IMG/VR virus record: IMGVR_UViG_3300045921_000410
Coordinates: 1 to 60,232 of that record
DNA length: 60,232 bases
From: a virus
Lineage: Duplodnaviria > Caudoviricetes
Reading direction: 5' to 3' (one strand)
Positions 19,231-27,531 of the stretch are shown here, piece after piece; positions within the stretch are counted from its first letter, which is position 1, and each line of letters begins with the position of its first letter. A model generated the notes under the pieces. That model was given only the letters and a program-made list of their open reading frames with translations. It searched no databases and had not been told where the DNA came from. The position numbers and the translations under genes are program-made.

Positions 19231-20660
19231 TTAGCTAACCAATTCCAAAGCGATTTTGCTTTCTCTAAGACTGTAGGCTTTGATTCTTTTATCTCCACAA
19301 CTGGGGAATTCTCTGGTAACTTTCGCCAACTACTGTAAACTATCTTAGCACCGTTTTCAGTTTTTTCTAAACGCATCGGCTCCGGTAACTTCTTACCCTT
19401 CGCCTTACATAAAGTTAAAATACAATTTGCATAAGGAACGGTTTTTTTGTACTCTGTGGTAAATTCGTAAGTCTTTTCTAATTTCAATTCGTTTGGATTT
19501 GATTTCATAAATTCCCAGTCAATCTCCCCACTACGATTATCTGTGATCAATATCATATCTTTTAGTTTCCCATCCAAAACTTGAAAGTACGATCGAGTCA
19601 CTGATGACTTTAATAATCCAACCGGAATATCGCTTGCGATATATTTTACTTTTTGTTCAATTTCATTTGTCTTATTATTAGATATAAAAGCTTTAAAAAG
19701 TTTTTTGTTTTTTAAATTCACTAATATAGGTTCTTTCATTATATGCTTAATATATGATTTGGTCAAAGATTCTAAACTACGAAAATTTTGACTATCAATA
19801 ATACTCTTCTCTCTCCGCATAAAAATATTTTCTAATAGATTATATCCATCTAAAAAAGTATTTTTAAGAATTTCAAAATAACCTTCATTGAAAATTAATC
19901 CCAGCATATACCAAGCATAAGTAGTACAAAAAAGCTCTTCTCCATTTGACAATTCATAAGGGTTCTTAATTATTTTTGGCACTGTTTCTTCTTTATCTAT
20001 ATTAATATTTTTTAAAATAGATTTCCAACTATCCTTCTCAGTATCCGTTAACACCGTATTCCAATAAACATGACCAATCTCATGTAACACGGCTTCTAAA
20101 ATATTGTCACTCTGTAGCACAGTTATATTTACTCCAATCGAGTGAGCTACCTGATGATCTTTTCTTTCTTCTTTACTGGGTTTTTTTGCGGTTAAAATTA
20201 CAGGGCTAGAAGGTAGATATTTTTTGGGTAGTATATCTAATTTCTGTAATACTTCTATTGATTTAAATAGTTTTAAATTATTTTCTGAATCCCAGTTCGA
20301 TTGGATGGGATCATAAATTACAAAACTATTATTAAAATTTAAAGCACGATAAGGCTCACCGGTAAGATATACTGCCTCGCCATTCCATTTATTTTCAAAA
20401 ATGCGATCTGGAACCAGTGCCCAAAGTCCTGTGGAATCTAAAATCACTAGTCCGGACTCATCCTCACCTACCACTGCATAAACTTTATTATTTAGTTTAA
20501 CAAATACAGGTTTTCCATCAATTACATAATCTTTAATCCGATTAGTATTAGAACTCACAACTTTAACACAACCGTGATTTCTACTTTCAAGCTCTGAACA
20601 AATTGTTTCTAATTCTTGAAAATCTTTATTTAATACTTCTCTAATTTCTGAATGATTCAT
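19227..20660 (-). CDS. Putative head-associated protein with zincin metallopeptidase motif
   Basis: VLHEIGHV plus downstream EELFC; multiple L-x-K-[S/A] motifs. Confidence 0.6.
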   Translation of the reverse strand: MNHSEIREVLNKDFQELETICSELESRNHGCVKVVSSNTNRIKDYVIDGKPVFVKLNNKVYAVVGEDESGLVILDSTGLWALVPDRIFENKWNGEAVYLTGEPYRALNFNNSFVIYDPIQSNWDSENNLKLFKSIEVLQKLDILPKKYLPSSPVILTAKKPSKEERKDHQVAHSIGVNITVLQSDNILEAVLHEIGHVYWNTVLTDTEKDSWKSILKNINIDKEETVPKIIKNPYELSNGEELFCTTYAWYMLGLIFNEGYFEILKNTFLDGYNLLENIFMRREKSIIDSQNFRSLESLTKSYIKHIMKEPILVNLKNKKLFKAFISNNKTNEIEQKVKYIASDIPVGLLKSSVTRSYFQVLDGKLKDMILITDNRSGEIDWEFMKSNPNELKLEKTYEFTTEYKKTVPYANCILTLCKAKGKKLPEPMRLEKTENGAKIVYSSWRKLPENSPVVEIKESKPTVLEKAKSLWNWLAK

Positions 20661-22021
20661 TTATTCTTTTTCCTTGATCCGACCCATTCTGGATAGTATT
20701 CTTTTTCTTTTCTGTATTTGCCTTGCATATAATCAGAATCTTTCTTTGCTCTTACTGCCTCGGCTTTGTTTTGTACATTCATAAGTTTATCATTTAACTT
20801 TTTATAAAATTCGTCAAATATAAGATCAAGCTTGTCATCTTTTTCTTCCGCTACTTTTTTTATTTCTGGGATTCTTAATAATGGGTTCCAGGTCTCCCTA
20901 TCTGGGAAAAATCTACTCATAACCGCTCTACCGTACGGATGAGCCGGAGTACAAACTCTCCATTTATCTTTTTTAAATCCGACATTATTTTTACCTGACC
21001 AATAAGCAATATCTGTATATGGGTCATTAATACCCATTGCCGACAAACTATCATTATTCTGATTTTTAACCTCACTAGAAGGTATAAGTCTAACAATGGT
21101 TCCTTCCCTTGGTTGACAAAAATCACAAGTCCCACCAGTGAACACAAAATAAACAGGTGTTTTACTTGCTTCTCCTTCCAAAGTTCCGGCTTTCATTGAC
21201 TCATGGTACATTGCAAGCTCTGTATATGCTACACGTCTCCAATCTCTCTTAGTAGAAAGTAGAGTATCATTTGACAACTCTGGATTATCTTTTATATAAT
21301 CTTTGGCACCAAAGTATAGATTACTCGACAATTCCATAGGAGAAATTCCGTTCATTGCACCTAATCGAATTTGATTTGCAATCATTGATCTAGTGTCTTC
21401 ATCTACTCGCTTAACATAATCAGCCATCCTACTGTAGGAATTCGTCAAAGCTTTCAACTGGTATCTATCCGCATCTAATCGTTTTTGAAAATCTGTATAA
21501 GTATCCGGAACATAGCCAAAGAATGTACTCGCTTCAACTTCTTCAAATGTTTTCTTACCGTACGTTTTAACCGGAGATTTTTCTGACTCTTTAAGGAGGG
21601 AATATAAAGAGAGGGCTGAGGATTTTACTGCCCCCTCTTCCGCTAACCTATTCAAATAAGGTTCTAAATAATTTTTAATTTGTTTATCAATTTCTCGATA
21701 TTGATCCGGAGTCATAACAGTTTTTAGATTGATTTTTATTTTTTGTAATTCAAACGGCGAAAAAACTGATCCGGGAAATCTTCTTAAAAAATAACCTTTG
21801 ATATTTTTTGGAAGCTTTGCGAAATCTCCTAAAAACGATTTGAATAGCTCTTTATCTGTTTTAATTTTATTTGGATTTGCAATTCCTAAGTTATGAACTA
21901 TCCCAGTAACGACATTAAAAATCAATAACTCGACTACGTTTGAAAACTCCTCCGATAAATCCTCTAAATAATATAACTGCTCTGGTTCTTTACTATTTTC
22001 CAATTTTTTGAACCTTCCCAT
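20657..22021 (-). CDS. MuF / SPP1 gp7-like head morphogenesis protein
   Basis: RDWRRVAYTE, TCDFC and PAHPYGR motifs. Confidence 0.75.
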   Translation of the reverse strand: MGRFKKLENSKEPEQLYYLEDLSEEFSNVVELLIFNVVTGIVHNLGIANPNKIKTDKELFKSFLGDFAKLPKNIKGYFLRRFPGSVFSPFELQKIKINLKTVMTPDQYREIDKQIKNYLEPYLNRLAEEGAVKSSALSLYSLLKESEKSPVKTYGKKTFEEVEASTFFGYVPDTYTDFQKRLDADRYQLKALTNSYSRMADYVKRVDEDTRSMIANQIRLGAMNGISPMELSSNLYFGAKDYIKDNPELSNDTLLSTKRDWRRVAYTELAMYHESMKAGTLEGEASKTPVYFVFTGGTCDFCQPREGTIVRLIPSSEVKNQNNDSLSAMGINDPYTDIAYWSGKNNVGFKKDKWRVCTPAHPYGRAVMSRFFPDRETWNPLLRIPEIKKVAEEKDDKLDLIFDEFYKKLNDKLMNVQNKAEAVRAKKDSDYMQGKYRKEKEYYPEWVGSRKKNK

Positions 22022-22388
22022 TTACCGTGTATAAATAATAAGGTTGTTCTGGATTCACCGGATTGCTTACTTGAATTACTATTCGATAAGCTTCTCTTTG
22101 CCACTTCTCCAACTCTTCTAAATTATTTGCTAAATCTTTAATATTACAATCTGGAATATAACTAGAATCTGTACCATCCAAAATATCCATGAACTCGACT
22201 GACTTAAAATCTTTCATAATTTTAAAATGTTCGTATTTGGACGGAGTGTAAAAATAACAAACCTTAACCTTTTCTTTTTCGGTTTTGTTATTAATTAATA
22301 AGCTATTAATTCCAATGTCGGAAAACGAAACATATCCAAAAATATCTTTTCTAACTTCTTTAAAATTACTTCCTAAGTAAACTTGCAT
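21993..22388 (-). CDS. Hypothetical protein
   Basis: ORF, probable start MQVYLG; TTGATT-N17-TAAATT upstream. Confidence 0.55.
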   Translation of the reverse strand: MQVYLGSNFKEVRKDIFGYVSFSDIGINSLLINNKTEKEKVKVCYFYTPSKYEHFKIMKDFKSVEFMDILDGTDSSYIPDCNIKDLANNLEELEKWQREAYRIVIQVSNPVNPEQPYYLYTVNGKVQKIGK

Positions 22389-22435
22389 AAATATAAATTT
22401 AAAAAAACACACTTAAAAAATCAATCTAAAAAGGC

Positions 22436-22465
22436 ATAAAAAAAGGGAACCGGCATGGTTCCCTT
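22436..22465 (-). terminator. Intrinsic terminator
   Basis: AAGGGAACC/GGTTCCCTT stem with minus-strand U-tract; near copy of the 25504-25534 terminator. Confidence 0.8.
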
Positions 22466-22474
22466 AAATGTTTT

Positions 22475-22681
22475 TTACGATACTAATTCGAAAGTGTAGT
22501 AGTGATGGATTTTTGAAAAATAATCTTCAAAAGAGAAAAATCCTTGTGAATCAAACCACTCAAATTTTGACTCATTACTCCAATCCATAGAAGCAATATG
22601 TTTTTGTGCTTCCTCAATACTTTCGAAATCCATGTAAAATGGTCTACCGATAGATTTATCTACAATTTTAACTTGTGCCAT
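22475..22681 (-). CDS. Hypothetical small protein (island cassette)
   Basis: GAGGTG RBS; behind promoter repeat copy 1. Confidence 0.7.
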   Translation of the reverse strand: MAQVKIVDKSIGRPFYMDFESIEEAQKHIASMDWSNESKFEWFDSQGFFSFEDYFSKIHHYYTFELVS

Positions 22682-22704
22682 TTGCTCACCTCTTACACTA
22701 ATAG

Positions 22705-22731
22705 AAGTAAACTAAAACAAAAAAGTGTCGC
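22705..22731 (-). promoter_or_regulatory. Island promoter repeat copy 1 (GCGACA-N16-TACTT)
   Basis: Motif shared by 7 sites, each directly upstream of an RBS. Confidence 0.75.
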
Positions 22732-22905
22732 TTATTTTTTCCACGGATTTGCAAACCAGGTTTTAACTGGTTTTTTAGGTTCTGATTGTTTTAACAGATT
22801 TAAAAATTCCTGGGATTTATCTTTGCTATTGGATGGGCTTTTATTTTCTTTTTCCCGATTATTTTTAAAATTTAGCTCACTGGATGAATTTATTTTCTGA
22901 ATCAT
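22732..22905 (-). CDS. Hypothetical 57-aa protein (not in ORF track)
   Basis: AGGAGAG RBS; MIQKINSS...WFANPWKK; TAA stop abuts the promoter repeat. Confidence 0.55.
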   Translation of the reverse strand: MIQKINSSSELNFKNNREKENKSPSNSKDKSQEFLNLLKQSEPKKPVKTWFANPWKK

Positions 22906-22926
22906 TTTTATATCTCTCCTAAAAAT

Positions 22927-22960
22927 AAAAAAAAGGGGAATCCGAAATGGACTCCCCTTT
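22927..22960 (-). terminator. Intrinsic terminator
   Basis: AAAGGGGA(a)TCC/GGA(c)TCCCCTTT stem with minus-strand U-tract. Confidence 0.75.
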
Positions 22961-22965
22961 AAAAA

Positions 22966-23150
22966 CTATCCAATCAACCCAGCGTCAATAAGATTTTGAG
23001 CTGTTCGACCGTAATGTCCTTGTAATTGCCAAACTAATTTAGAATCCAAACTAATTTAGAATCCAAAATACTTTGAAAAAATTCAATCATTTCAGATTCA
23101 GTCATTTCACCGGATTCATAAGCAATTATTTGATCGACTAAATTTTCCAT
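22966..23150 (-). pseudogene. Small phage protein gene frameshifted by a 17-bp tandem duplication
   Basis: CCAAACTAATTTAGAAT occurs twice (23029-23062); removing one copy restores 55 aa MENLVDQIIAYESGEM...LVWQLQGHYGRTAQNLIDAGLIG. Confidence 0.8.
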
Positions 23151-23203
23151 CGTTTTTACCTCTTTCATTTATAAAAGTAAACTAAAAAGAAAAAGTGTCG
23201 CTT
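23148..23203 (-). promoter_or_regulatory. Island promoter/RBS repeat copy 2
   Basis: AAGCGACACTTTTTCTTTTTAGTTTACTTTTATAAATGAAAGAGGTAAAAACGATG; identical to copy 6 over 60 bp. Confidence 0.8.
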
Positions 23204-23567
23204 ATTTATTATTCACGAACTCTTGAACATAATTTGGCAAGTCCAGAACTAAATCCCCACCTCGATAAAGGTCATGAAAAGAAACAAAATCAGAAAAATA
23301 ACTATCCCCCGATAGTTTACTTTTTTCTATTTTGTCTAATATATCAAAACCATAAATCGCAAATAGATTGGATTCTTCTATCACCGCAACGACTGTTAAA
23401 GTCAAAGGAACTTCTTCCGATGGTTTGACAAAAAAAGTACAACTTGACTTTCTATCACCAAACAAAGACATTAATATTCTTAGTCTATCACCAAAATCAG
23501 CTCCTTTTGCAACGGCAATAAGATACCTCTTAAATTTTCTTTTGTGTTTTATTTTTGACCATTGCAT
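23202..23567 (-). CDS. Hypothetical protein
   Basis: ORF with GGAG RBS; stop abuts repeat copy 2. Confidence 0.65.
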   Translation of the reverse strand: MQWSKIKHKRKFKRYLIAVAKGADFGDRLRILMSLFGDRKSSCTFFVKPSEEVPLTLTVVAVIEESNLFAIYGFDILDKIEKSKLSGDSYFSDFVSFHDLYRGGDLVLDLPNYVQEFVNNK

Positions 23568-23570
23568 AAT

Positions 23571-24182
23571 CTACTCCACAAGAACATGGTAAGCATCCAA
23601 AAAGTTTCTCACTTCTTTGGCTTCCACGTTACTAGCAAGATGATTCTGTTTTAAAAAACTGGGGTCGTTTTCTATACTTTGTACGAATTCGTGCCTGAAC
23701 GGACAAACTACAAACAAAATATTTTTATCTTCATTAATAAACGTTAACTTTTGCGGTACCGGTTTATTAAGCATTACTGTCCAGTTTTCACCAATCAATA
23801 AATTAAAATAAAACACGTCGATACATACATTACAAAAAGGAATAATACTAACGTATTTTATTTTATCTTTTTTCTTAACACCTTTTTCTTTTTTTAAATT
23901 CAGCTTGTAGACACTTTCCGATACTTTTAATTTAATCACATTCCTCCATTCTTCTTTTAATTTTACATGAAAGTCGGCAATATTGAATCCATCTAATTCT
24001 GGATACCTTAAATATTGTGACTTACTCCAATACTTCCCAAATAAATCAGATTGAACAACGACTAGAGAACTTAAATCAGTTGCAATAAACCGATTTACTT
24101 TTTTATTCTTAGATGGTTCAACTAAAATGAAATTGTTTAAATTAGTTTTTTTATTAATTATTTTTTCTATTATTTTATTCAT
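23571..24182 (-). CDS. Hypothetical protein, possibly a truncated sliding-clamp (DnaN)-like fold
   Basis: FIATD..LVVV, RYP, IDVFYF and FVVCPFR echo beta-clamp motifs. Confidence 0.35.
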   Translation of the reverse strand: MNKIIEKIINKKTNLNNFILVEPSKNKKVNRFIATDLSSLVVVQSDLFGKYWSKSQYLRYPELDGFNIADFHVKLKEEWRNVIKLKVSESVYKLNLKKEKGVKKKDKIKYVSIIPFCNVCIDVFYFNLLIGENWTVMLNKPVPQKLTFINEDKNILFVVCPFRHEFVQSIENDPSFLKQNHLASNVEAKEVRNFLDAYHVLVE

Positions 24183-24196
24183 TTTTTTTACTCCTT

Positions 24197-24228
24197 AAAA
24201 AAAATACCCGCCAAAAAATTGACGGGTA
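24197..24228 (-). terminator. Intrinsic terminator
   Basis: TACCCG(c)CAA/TTG(a)CGGGTA stem plus minus-strand U-tract. Confidence 0.7.
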
Positions 24229-24250
24229 TAGTAAATTGTTGTGAGAGATT

Positions 24251-25024
24251 TTATGCTTCGACTAAATCGTTAGCAAGATTTAATAGTTTTGTGTTTAAAT
24301 CGACAAGTACCTCCATAGATTTAATTTTTCTAGTTCTTCTTAACTTGCCTTTTTTCGAAACAATATGCAAGTTTCCCCTAACCAACGACTCTTGAACTCG
24401 ATTCAAAACATTCCAAAGATTGTCTTCTTTTTGTTCAAAGTGTAAGCATCGCACAGATTCTTCTACAGTACTTTGATTGAACTGCTCTGAATCGTATCTT
24501 AACTCGATAGCTTTTTGAGCGAAAACTTTTACTTGTTCTGGGGAAAGAACTTTTTCCTCGAAACGTCTAATTCCATTTGCAAATTTATTTACCAGTAAAT
24601 CGAACTGAGAAATAAATGTTTTCATCGCTTGAAATCCGTTTTCAGAGTGCCGGATCGAAATTGCATTTCCTTTTCCCAGCATATCTTTGGAAAATAACTG
24701 GTTAGCACAAGCCACGACCATACATCCGATAAACAACTGCAAACCGGAAGTACCGTTATGAGAATTCCGAATGCAAAACTGAATTGATTTCTTGCCATCA
24801 CGAAAATTTGGATGTTCCATGATGATTATATGTTTCTGAAAACCATCGATTCCTCGCTCGATAGATTTCTTTCTTAAATTTGCCTCACCGGTTCTAACCA
24901 CGTTCCAACCGTATTTTTCGGCTTCTTTGATAACTTCCAAAGTAGAGATAAATCTATATTTATCTGTACGATCAGAATGCTTACAAACCGCCAAAGCTGA
25001 TTTTGGTAAAATTGATTGATTCAT
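24251..25024 (-). CDS. DUF932/DUF945-family protein
   Basis: FISTLEVI...GW...GFQKH...NSHNGTS.LQ..GC.VVACAN. Confidence 0.8.
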   Translation of the reverse strand: MNQSILPKSALAVCKHSDRTDKYRFISTLEVIKEAEKYGWNVVRTGEANLRKKSIERGIDGFQKHIIIMEHPNFRDGKKSIQFCIRNSHNGTSGLQLFIGCMVVACANQLFSKDMLGKGNAISIRHSENGFQAMKTFISQFDLLVNKFANGIRRFEEKVLSPEQVKVFAQKAIELRYDSEQFNQSTVEESVRCLHFEQKEDNLWNVLNRVQESLVRGNLHIVSKKGKLRRTRKIKSMEVLVDLNTKLLNLANDLVEA

Positions 25025-25050
25025 TTTATTTATTCTCCTGTTATTAATAT

Positions 25051-25076
25051 AAGTAAAACAAATTAAAAAAGTGTCG
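25051..25076 (-). promoter_or_regulatory. Island promoter repeat copy 3
   Basis: CGACA-N16-TACTT followed by AGGAG RBS. Confidence 0.75.
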
Positions 25077-25080
25077 TCAC

Positions 25081-25119
25081 AAAAAAAATCCTCCCAAGGT
25101 TTTTAATCTTGGAAGGATT
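25081..25119 (-). terminator. Intrinsic terminator
   Basis: AATCCT(c)CCAAG/CTTGG(a)AGGATT stem plus U-tract. Confidence 0.75.
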
Positions 25120-25125
25120 CTGAAA

Positions 25126-25449
25126 TTAAGCTCCGTACTCTCTGCGATAGTGAGAGTAAGATTTTCCTCGACTCCCTCTCCAATAAGAGGCATATGAATC
25201 AGCGTTTCTTTCGTTGTGCTCTTTAAGCTCCTTACTGTATTTCCATCGGGCAATTTGCACAATTTCACAGAACTCTCTGTAATTTACAATTTTCCCGATT
25301 TCTGCATAGGCTTGAGGAATTGTCTTACCGTTGACATCGATAGAAAATAAAAGATTTCCATCCGAATCCTCACCATAAACCGTAATGGTTTCTTGATATA
25401 AATCAACCGAACTATCTAGTTCAATATTTTGTTTTTCTACTGTTCTCAT
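25126..25449 (-). CDS. Hypothetical protein (island cassette)
   Basis: Start MRTVEK follows the repeat RBS; MKEVKT in the ORF track is the translated repeat. Confidence 0.7.
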   Translation of the reverse strand: MRTVEKQNIELDSSVDLYQETITVYGEDSDGNLLFSIDVNGKTIPQAYAEIGKIVNYREFCEIVQIARWKYSKELKEHNERNADSYASYWRGSRGKSYSHYRREYGA

Positions 25450-25499
25450 CGTTTTTACCTCTTTCATTTATAAAAGTAAACTAAAAAAAAGTGTCGCTT
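25447..25499 (-). promoter_or_regulatory. Island promoter/RBS repeat copy 4 (spacer 3 nt short)
   Basis: GCGACA-N13-TACTT with a T8 spacer tract. Confidence 0.7.
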
Positions 25500-25503
25500 A
25501 GAA

Positions 25504-25534
25504 TAAAAAAAAAGGGAACCAAATCGGTTCCCTT
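25504..25534 (-). terminator. Intrinsic terminator
   Basis: AAGGGAACC/GGTTCCCTT plus U-tract. Confidence 0.8.
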
Positions 25535-25539
25535 AAATC

Positions 25540-26409
25540 TCATATTAAAGCTTTTTTCAAAATTTGCAATCCATAAGCGTTTTCACTTTCCAAAATTGGA
25601 AGCAAGTCTCGGACTGCAATTTCTTTTGTATTTTCCAAGCCATACTTTTTACAAAACTCATTTACTCCAAAACTACAAGCCCCTGTGATTTCAGAGTAAA
25701 GTCTTCTTGTCATCTTAGTATCTAAAGTGACATTGTTGAGCCGAAAGTATTTTTTGACTGATTTATCGATTTTTTTGTACAAACCTTCGATCGCGTCGCC
25801 CCATGAAATTTCAGAGTGATATGCAAAATTCCCACGAACCGCAATCTTAACTCTTTTTGCTTCAATGTCTCGACCATCTTGCACAAAAACTTCCGCATCG
25901 ATCAAAGTGATTCCTTGTTTCACGGTTTTTGAGTAAATCTTTTTATTGATAATCCCGTCAATCACAAGGAATTTTCTGGGAACGCTATCAATGTCCGATA
26001 GACAAAAATTAACACTGTAAATCGATTGTGAGTTTAAGTACTTGCCTGACTTGGCAGTTTTATATCTTTTAAGCAATTCGAATTCTTCATCGCTTGCAGT
26101 AAAAACTGTTCGGTTTTTGGTGATCGCAAGGAACTTAAACTTTTCCAAAAATAACTCAGAAAGAATAGAAACCTTGGACAAATTGTACCTATCTCTCAAA
26201 GTTTCAAATTCTGCATCTTTGATTTGTTTTCTTTCGGCTCTTTTTTGCATGACAGTTTTTGCAAACGCCAAAGACTCTTTTTGCGATACATTTACAAGAT
26301 TTTGTGATTTGTAATTTTTGCAAAATTCGCAAATGTCTTTTTGTGTTAATTTTTCGGAATTTACACAAAAATCGTATAAAGCTTTAAAATATTTAGTATC
26401 TGTTTTCAT
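25540..26409 (-). CDS. Hypothetical protein
   Basis: 289 aa; C-terminal ITGAC.FG...FC motif; its RBS is the 3' arm of the ribozyme stem I. Confidence 0.75.
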   Translation of the reverse strand: MKTDTKYFKALYDFCVNSEKLTQKDICEFCKNYKSQNLVNVSQKESLAFAKTVMQKRAERKQIKDAEFETLRDRYNLSKVSILSELFLEKFKFLAITKNRTVFTASDEEFELLKRYKTAKSGKYLNSQSIYSVNFCLSDIDSVPRKFLVIDGIINKKIYSKTVKQGITLIDAEVFVQDGRDIEAKRVKIAVRGNFAYHSEISWGDAIEGLYKKIDKSVKKYFRLNNVTLDTKMTRRLYSEITGACSFGVNEFCKKYGLENTKEIAVRDLLPILESENAYGLQILKKALI

Positions 26410-26417
26410 CGTTTTGT

Positions 26418-26478
26418 ACCTCAGACCATTCCCAGTTGCATGGGAAGGTTTCGCTTATTTAAAGCTCATCAGTGAGGT
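26418..26478 (-). ncRNA. Type I hammerhead ribozyme
   Basis: ACCUCA-CUGAUGA-GCUU(UAAAU)AAGC-GAAA-CC-UUCCCA(UGCAAC)UGGGAA-U-GG-UC-UGAGGU: intact catalytic core, three stems, GUC cleavage triplet. Confidence 0.9.
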
Positions 26479-26479
26479 T

Positions 26480-26656
26480 TTAGAATTGCTCAGTGATATG
26501 AGCGATAAATGCTTTTTTATCCATTACTCTTTCCACAACCCCGTTTTTGTTGAGCAATCCATATCTGGTCTTGTAACCAGTTATAAACGAAAATCTTTCG
26601 TATCCAAAACGGTTATTTGCATTCTCAATTATTTGATTTAATTCTGTTTTGTTCAT
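26480..26656 (-). CDS. Hypothetical small protein (island cassette)
   Basis: Start MNKTELN after the repeat RBS. Confidence 0.7.
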   Translation of the reverse strand: MNKTELNQIIENANNRFGYERFSFITGYKTRYGLLNKNGVVERVMDKKAFIAHITEQF

Positions 26657-26709
26657 CGTTTTTACCTCTTTCATTAATGTAAGTAAAACAAATTAAAAAA
26701 GTGTCGCTT
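26654..26709 (-). promoter_or_regulatory. Island promoter/RBS repeat copy 5
   Basis: GCGACA-N16-TACTT...GAAAGAGGTAAAAACGATG. Confidence 0.8.
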
Positions 26710-26741
26710 AAAATAAACCCCGGTTTTTGAACAGAACCGGG
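26710..26741 (-). terminator. Intrinsic terminator
   Basis: CCCGGTT/AACCGGG stem with TTTATTTT on the minus strand. Confidence 0.65.
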
Positions 26742-26758
26742 AAACTGTGTTTGAGAGA

Positions 26759-27114
26759 TCAATCACGATGAAATGATTGCGTTGTGCTGACCTCATCTTT
26801 GTATATATCCGACATACATTCTATTTGAAATACGGGATGGTCTAATTCCTTTTTCAAAGTATGGATTTTTCTTTCTTCCGCAATACCATCAACAATTATC
26901 CAAGTCAACTCTTGATTATTCTCTAAATTTTTCGCATATATTATGTATTCGTATTCTTCTACTTTTTCAACGTGAAACTCAGAATCCATCTGTATAAGAT
27001 CCATTCTAAATTTATGATTTTCGTCTATCTTTTGAACCAATTCCTGATATTTGCAAATAATAAAGATTATTTTTTTAATCTCTGATTGCCATTTTGACTT
27101 AATTTAATTTCCAT
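26759..27114 (-). pseudogene. Island cassette gene with an apparent 1-nt frameshift near the 5' end
   Basis: ATG after the repeat RBS gives MEIKLSQNGNQRLKK-stop; an overlapping frame (KSKWQSEIKKIIF...ELVQKIDEN) is open to 26759; span is 356 nt. Confidence 0.55.
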
Positions 27115-27167
27115 CGTTTTTACCTCTTTCATTTATAAAAGTAAACTAAAAAGAAAAAGTGTCGCTT
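27112..27167 (-). promoter_or_regulatory. Island promoter/RBS repeat copy 6
   Basis: Identical to copy 2. Confidence 0.8.
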
Positions 27168-27526
27168 TAAATTCTGCTTTTAACTTGATTTCTAAAACAG
27201 GCTATGTCTTCCAATTCTAAAATCGCTGAATCAGTAAAACCGAAAATCCAATTGGATTTTATATTATGGTCATTCATAAAAAATTGAATTGTCTCAGCTA
27301 AATCTAAAACCATCGGCTCGATTAAATCTGTTATTGTATTAGCTACTTGATTGTTCATGGGCTGGAAAAGATCATAGTACTGCTCTAAGCTTTTTTGATT
27401 TCCAAAACTATCAAGTATAATTCTATTTTTATTAAGCCTGTGTTTTAAAATAATAACCTGAACATTTTTTAAATTTAGTTTTTGGTCTAAATAATTACAA
27501 AGTTTTTCACTATTTTCTAAATCCAT
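27167..27526 (-). CDS. Hypothetical protein
   Basis: ORF with AGGAG RBS. Confidence 0.65.
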   Translation of the reverse strand: MDLENSEKLCNYLDQKLNLKNVQVIILKHRLNKNRIILDSFGNQKSLEQYYDLFQPMNNQVANTITDLIEPMVLDLAETIQFFMNDHNIKSNWIFGFTDSAILELEDIACFRNQVKSRI

Positions 27527-27531
27527 ACTCT

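Noticed and set aside
25450-26674. MKEVKT leader peptide shared by ORFs
   Set aside because: It is the translated RBS repeat (ATGAAAGAGGTAAAAACG); the true starts are the following ATG
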